From contig CBDFJG010000004.1 in NCBI GenBank assembly GCA_965248445.1, positions 224,001 to 288,000 on the forward strand: a stretch of 64,000 nt of DNA. The letters run 5' to 3'. A model generated the notes under the pieces. The model was not told where the DNA came from. It saw only the letters and a list, made by a program, of their open reading frames with translations, and searched no databases. Positions within the stretch are counted from its first letter, which is position 1, and each line of letters starts with the position of its first letter. A program made the translations under genes and the position numbers. This DNA is from Planctomycetota bacterium. Lineage in GTDB: Bacteria; Planctomycetota; JAJSAM01; JAJVHW01. This document shows, piece by piece, positions 58,744-64,000 of this stretch.

Positions 58744-60243
58744 GTAACCGTTCACCCCTTCGTCGCGAGCCAGGATCCAGATCGTTCGGCCATCGGTCGA
58801 TCAAGATGTTGTGGGCGAGCGGCAGGACGAGGATCTGCGGGCGATGGTCGAGGGCCTTCTGGCCTGGATCGAGGAGCTGGAGCGTCGCGAAGCGAAGCAT
58901 CTGCGCCGCATCGACGAGCTCGAGTCGCGTCTGAAGCGTGACTCCCGCAACAGCTCGAGGCCTCCGTCGTCGGACCCGGCGTGGTCCAAGCGCCGTCGCG
59001 GCCGAAGGCCGCGTAGCGGTCGCCAGCAGGGCGGACAGCCGGGCCATGAGGGCACGGCGCGCGAGCTGGTGGATCCGTCCAACGTCGATGAGACCAAGGA
59101 GCACCGTCCCGACCGCTGCGACGCGTGCGGACACGACGATCTCGAGCAGGGCATCGGCGATCCGTACCGGCACCAGGTGACGGTGCTCCCGCGCGTGCTC
59201 GTCACGGTGCGGGAGCACCGGCTGCACAAGGCGCGGTGCCGGCGCTGTCGTGCGGTCACGACGGCGGTCCTGCCCGATGGCGTGCCGACCGGGGCCTTCG
59301 GTCCGCGGCTGACCACACTTGCCGGCGCGCTGCGCGGCGTGTACCGCGTGAGCGTGCGGGAGACGCAGCGGCTGCTCGGTGAGATCTTCGGTGTGAAGAT
59401 GTCGCTGGGCAAGATCAGCGACTGTGAGCGTCGGCTCAGTGACGCTCTGCACTCGTCGTACCTCGAAGCCCTCGGGGCAGTCCGCACGTCGCTGCGAGCC
59501 AACGTGGACGAGACGTCGTGGAAGGAACGGGGCCGGGTGTGCTGGCTGTGGGCGGCGGAGAGCGAGCACGCCACAGCCTTCGGGATCGATCGCCGCCGCA
59601 GTGCCAAGGCGAAAGGGCGGCTGATCGGGCGGCGCTTCGGTGGCACGGTGATCAGCGACCGGATGGGTGCCTACGAGTCACACCCACTTGCCCGCCGCCA
59701 GCTCTGCTGGGCGCACATCGAGCGCGCCTTCCGTGCGCTGGCCGAAGGCCCGCGAGGACATCGCCGCTTCGGCAACAAGGGCGTCATGATCGCGCAGTCG
59801 GTCATGCGCAGCTACCGGCTCTTCGGTGAGCACGGCGACCGTGACCGGCTGCAAGGCGAAGCCGCTGTGCTGCGCGGACGGCTCGAGCGACTGATCGCGA
59901 ACGACGACTCGGCTCTGGCCAACCATCTGCGCCCCCGCGTGGTCGCCCTCTTCACCTATGCGCGGACCCAGGACGTGAGTCCGACGAACAACGCCGCCGA
60001 GCGCGCGGTCCGCAAAGCGGTGCTCTGGCGCAAGGGCTCCTTCGGAAGCCAGTCCGCTCGCGGACTCCGCTTCGCCGAGCGCGTGTTGACCGCCGCGGCC
60101 ACGCTGCGACGCCGTGGCGACCAAGTCTTCGACTTCCTCGCCGACTCGGTCGCCGCGCACCTCACCGGCGCCGACCCGCCCGTCATGGTCCCGCTGCCCG
60201 TCGCACGCTGAGGCTCACACGCTGTCAAGGGGTGAACGGTTAC
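58744..60243 (+). mobile_element. IS66-family element (single ORF, ISBst12-like), copy A
   Basis: 17-bp perfect TIRs GTAACCGTTCACCCCTT / AAGGGGTGAACGGTTAC. Confidence 0.9.
58811..60211 (+). CDS. IS66 transposase
   Basis: NSSRPPSSD, GGQPGHEG, CxxC zinc finger, VDET, CWAH, TNNAAER. Confidence 0.93.
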   Translation: MGERQDEDLRAMVEGLLAWIEELERREAKHLRRIDELESRLKRDSRNSSRPPSSDPAWSKRRRGRRPRSGRQQGGQPGHEGTARELVDPSNVDETKEHRPDRCDACGHDDLEQGIGDPYRHQVTVLPRVLVTVREHRLHKARCRRCRAVTTAVLPDGVPTGAFGPRLTTLAGALRGVYRVSVRETQRLLGEIFGVKMSLGKISDCERRLSDALHSSYLEALGAVRTSLRANVDETSWKERGRVCWLWAAESEHATAFGIDRRRSAKAKGRLIGRRFGGTVISDRMGAYESHPLARRQLCWAHIERAFRALAEGPRGHRRFGNKGVMIAQSVMRSYRLFGEHGDRDRLQGEAAVLRGRLERLIANDDSALANHLRPRVVALFTYARTQDVSPTNNAAERAVRKAVLWRKGSFGSQSARGLRFAERVLTAAATLRRRGDQVFDFLADSVAAHLTGADPPVMVPLPVAR

Positions 60244-61316
60244 GCGCGGTGGAGTTCCGAATGCGAGCTCGGGACGTGAACTCACTCGCCGAACGGACGG
60301 CTCGTGAGTACCAAAGCCGCGCAGCCACGGGCGGCCCCCGATCAGTCGGGCGCCCCCTCAAAACCAATGAGCCCCGCCACACCGCGTGACGAGGCTCAGG
60401 GGGAGAGGCGAGGGGACGCGGCGCTGATGGAACCGCGACTTGCCCCCTGCCTAGATACGCAGTGTACCAGACGCGCGACCCAGTTGTGTCGGACCCGAGT
60501 ATTCACCGACGAGACAGCGTGGGGTGTGAACCCGACAAACCGCTGCTTGGTGTGGCGAGGGCATGACTCGCACAGTGCGAGGCAGCTGCTCATCGAGTAG
60601 GCGCCCTCAGCCGTGACACGGGTGGACCTCGCAACCTCCCCGGCGCCCCGGCGCGAGTAGTCGCAGGGGCCGCACTGGTGCGAACACACCTCCGTCTCGC
60701 ACCCGCACCGTCCGACGGCGCGCTTGGAGAAATCGCTCTCGTAACTCCTCAATTGCGGACGCGGCCCGCTCCCCGAAGTGACTATCTGAGCCGATGCGTC
60801 CTCGCCCGAAGAGCACGTAGACGTCATCGCGTTCCTCGTGCTGGGCTGCTGAGACGTCCGCCCGGGATGGGGTTGCGTTGCGAGCCCTGGGAGTGCAGAA
60901 GTTGTGGCGCTGCGAACGACAGAGCGCCCTGTTCGATGTCAAACACGAACAGGGCGCCACGAGAGAGAAGGAACGCTGACGCGTGCGACAGCGCCTCCAA
61001 CTTGAGATTCTGCGCGACAAGTGGGACAGGAAAGAACGGGGTGGCCACCTGGCACTACGACACATGCGGACCGCCATGTCGGCGGCTCATCGCGAGTCGC
61101 GGTCGAAATCGCGTCGGGAGGTGTCGAGTTGCCAGATCCTGTCGTAGTCAGCGCCAGGAGTCAGTCCAAGCCGAGCGCATTGTCCCTCCACAGCGCGATC
61201 CGCACTGCAGAGGCAAGTCAGGACGATTGCGGATCGCTCGCGACAGCGCGTGTCTACGCGGCTGGCGCACAATGGAGCCTGTGGGGCGGGATGCGCAACG
61301 CTACCGCCCGCTAGCC

Positions 61317-62851
61317 GTACCTGTTCAGCCCTTGATCTGACCGAGGATCCAGATTGTTCCGACGCGGGTCGATGAAGAGTGTGTGGGCACCGACGAGTTG
61401 CGCGAGCTGGTCGAGCGGATGTCGCGTCGGCTGAACGACGCGGAGGAGACGATCGCGTCGCAAGCGGAGGTGATCGAGCGTCAGGCAGCCCGCATCGACG
61501 AGCTCGAGAGCCGATTGCGACGCGACTCCCGCACATCGTCGCGGCCGCCCTCGTCGGACCCGTCGTGGTCCAAGAGGCGGCGGCGGCGCAAGCCGCCGTC
61601 TGACAAGAAGCAGGGTGCGCAGTCGGGTCACGAGGGCACGACGCGCCAGCTCGTGGACGAGTCCGAGGTCGATGATGTCCAGGACCACCGTCCGCAGGAG
61701 TGCAGCTCCTGCGGTAGCGGCGCACTCATTGCGGTCGATCGTGCCCCCACGCGGCAGCAGGTCTTCGCGCTACCGCCGCGACTGGTCCACGTGACCGAGC
61801 ACCGGCTGCACCGCGCTCGCTGCACAGGGTGTGGGATGACGTCCACGGGGCGTCTGCCCGATGGCGTCACCGCCAGTCCCTTCGGTCCACGGCTCACCGC
61901 ACTGACTGCCTCGCTGGTCGGAGTCTTCCGGCTGTCGCGGCGGGAGACGAGCCGCCTGCTGCGCGACGTGATCGGCGTGTCGATGTCGCCCGGCACCGTG
62001 AGCGCCATCGAGGAGCGGGTGTCGGGTGCGCTGTCCTCCGCGCACCTCGAGGCACTGGGTGCCGTGCGCACGAGCCGGGTCGCTCACGTGGACGAAACAC
62101 CGTGGCCTCGTCGCGGCGTCCTGCACTGGCTGTGGAGCGCGGTCAGCGAGCACGCAGTGGTCCACCGGATCGATCGTCGTCGCAGCGCCAAGGCCATGCG
62201 ACGACTCATCGGTCGCCGTTACCGCGGCGTCCTGGTCACCGACCGCATGGGCGCCTACGACCGGCACCCGACCGAGCGTCGCCAGATCTGCTGGGCGCAC
62301 CTCGAGCGCGACTTTCGCTCGCTTGCGGAGGGACGATCTGGCGAGCGTCGCTTCGGCAAGAGCGCGGTCTCGCTCGCCCAGGCCGTCATGCGAGCGCATC
62401 GCCGCTTGGGTGAGCACGGGGACCGCGCAAGGATGCAGCGAGAGCTGCGCCCGACGTGGTCGCGACTGATCGACTTGCTCGTACGCGGGGCGGACAGCAA
62501 GCAGCGTCGAGTCCGCGGGATCAGTCGTCATCTGCTCGCAAGAGCCGAGGCACTTTGGTCCTTCGCCGACGTGCCGGGTGTCTCCCCGACCAACAACATC
62601 GCCGAGCGCGCCGTGCGCAAACCAGTGCTCTGGCGCCGCGGCACCCACGGCAGCCAGAGCGAGCGAGGACTGCGCTTCGTCGAGCGCATCTTGACCGTCA
62701 CCGCCACCTGCCGGCAGCGCGGCGACAACGTCTTCGACTACCTCGTCGCCGCCACCAGCGCCGCCGGGCTCGGGCAACCGCCGCCGACTCTCGTCGCGCT
62801 GCCGATCAGTCGCTGAGCACGGGGCTGCTCACTCATGACCTGAACAGGTAC
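61317..62851 (+). mobile_element. IS66-family element (single ORF), distinct copy B
   Basis: 12-bp TIRs GTACCTGTTCAG / CTGAACAGGTAC. Confidence 0.85.
61383..62816 (+). CDS. IS66 transposase
   Basis: SSRPPSSD, CSSC/CTGC, VDET, CWAH, TNNIAER. Confidence 0.93.
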   Translation: MGTDELRELVERMSRRLNDAEETIASQAEVIERQAARIDELESRLRRDSRTSSRPPSSDPSWSKRRRRRKPPSDKKQGAQSGHEGTTRQLVDESEVDDVQDHRPQECSSCGSGALIAVDRAPTRQQVFALPPRLVHVTEHRLHRARCTGCGMTSTGRLPDGVTASPFGPRLTALTASLVGVFRLSRRETSRLLRDVIGVSMSPGTVSAIEERVSGALSSAHLEALGAVRTSRVAHVDETPWPRRGVLHWLWSAVSEHAVVHRIDRRRSAKAMRRLIGRRYRGVLVTDRMGAYDRHPTERRQICWAHLERDFRSLAEGRSGERRFGKSAVSLAQAVMRAHRRLGEHGDRARMQRELRPTWSRLIDLLVRGADSKQRRVRGISRHLLARAEALWSFADVPGVSPTNNIAERAVRKPVLWRRGTHGSQSERGLRFVERILTVTATCRQRGDNVFDYLVAATSAAGLGQPPPTLVALPISR

Positions 62852-62852
62852 G

Positions 62853-64000
62853 GCGAGCGGGCTGGTTCGCTGGCATGCGCGATGGAGAGAGGAACGCGGA
62901 GGACGACCCACAGAGCGCGCACTCGACACGAGGAAGGAAGCCGAGGCATTCCTCACCGAGATCCGCAAGCGCGTCCTCGCGGGCACCTACGCCACTCCCA
63001 GGACCGTTCGGGGGGCAGCCGCACACTCCGCGCAGCAGACAGCGGACGTGCCGACGTTCGTTGCGTACGCAGAGAGCGTGTTCCGGTCACGCATCGCCCC
63101 CACCCGGGCACCGACAACGGTCGTGCTGTACGAAGCGAACCTCGCCGCACTCGCGCTCTACTTCGGAGAACGCGAGGTCGAACGCGTGACGATCCCTGCC
63201 AGGCGACTTGACGAGTTGACCGGCGCAGCGTTCCTCGACTACCGAGCATGGCGGCGCACGTTCCGCCGCAGCACGCACGGAGCACCGAAGCCGGTCAGCG
63301 CCGTGACGCAGAACCGTGACCAAGCGTTCGCGGTCCTCGTGCTCAACCATGCGGTTGCGGACGGGCTGATCGCTGAGAACCCACTCGCCGGTCTTCGCAA
63401 GCTCCGGGAGCCGCGCAAGCCCCGCCGCTACCTGACGAAGCACGAAGCCGCACGGCTCATCCTGGCGAGCGATAGGCACTTCCGGCCGTTCGTCGTCACG
63501 TCGCTCCTCACCGGCCTCCGCACGTCCGAACTCCTCTCTCTGCGGTGGGCAGATGTGGGGTTCGAGCAAGGCACGCTTGCCGTGACCCGGACGAAGGTCG
63601 GGAACGCTGACCACCTGCCGCTGCATCCGGTCGCAGCGGAGGAACTTCGGCGGCTGCGGGCGTCCCGCCCGGGAGCGCGGCCGGACGAGCACGTCATCCT
63701 CAACTCGCGCGGAGCGCCGTGGCGGGACATCCGCAAGGCATGGCGGCGCGCACTCAAGGGGGCGGGCCTGGAGGGCCGTGACGGACTCACCCCCCACTCG
63801 CTCCGGCACTCCTTCGCCACTCACTTCCTGGAGGGTGGCGGGGCCGTGACCGACCTACAGCAGCAACTCGGTCACTCCGAACTCGCAACGACGCAGCGCT
63901 ACGCAGGCATGGTCAACGCACGGCGACGGCAGTCCGTCCTGGCGATGGAGTTCGGGACGAGCCTGAGAGATGGCGATGCGGCGGAGAGAGTGACCCGAAG
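62853..64000 (+). CDS. Tyrosine recombinase/integrase, 5' end cut by IS66, stop beyond window
   Basis: Manual translation: VRWHARWREE..DTRKEAEAFL (arm-binding-like), TGLRTSELL, RTK, HSLRHSFATH, LGHS, TTQRY. Confidence 0.9.

Noticed and set aside
58744..62851. Composite transposon formed by the two IS66 elements
   Set aside because: The TIRs differ, the transposases are divergent, and there is no shared outer target duplication.
61285..64000. Integron (attC-like hairpin plus integrase)
   Set aside because: The integrase has a phage-type arm-binding N-terminus and no evident IntI insertion; no RYYYAAC/GTTRRRY-bounded cassette array was seen.

Overview
High-GC bacterial chromosomal segment. 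DUF1570-like, HEAT/VWA and prenyltransferase-repeat genes suggest Planctomycetota or a related lineage (inference). Positions ~2.6-21.2 kb form one co-directional minus-strand respiratory supercluster: ferredoxin, Rieske protein, split cytochrome b, a 1155-aa octaheme cytochrome c, a HEAT/lipoyl-like protein, three tandem cupredoxin-like exported proteins, an A2-type heme-copper oxidase (coxB, coxA), heme a and heme o synthases, an ABC transporter, SCO and DUF420. The last gene of this cluster (2902..2642) is absent from the ORF track. It has a signal peptide, an in-frame TGA in a U-P-N-C motif, a SECIS-like hairpin 11 nt downstream and a C-terminal membrane anchor, making it a candidate undescribed selenoprotein of oxidase or copper biogenesis. 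The middle of the window holds housekeeping and accessory genes: lipB/lipA, FdhE, RlmN-like, frameshifted dusB, a CDF transporter, lepB, DUF885, MscS and several degenerate pseudo-enzymes. The right end is a mobile region with two single-ORF IS66 elements that lack the usual 8-bp target duplication and have mirror-image flanks, and a tyrosine integrase whose 5' end is cut by the second IS. No CRISPR array, rRNA or tRNA was recognised.
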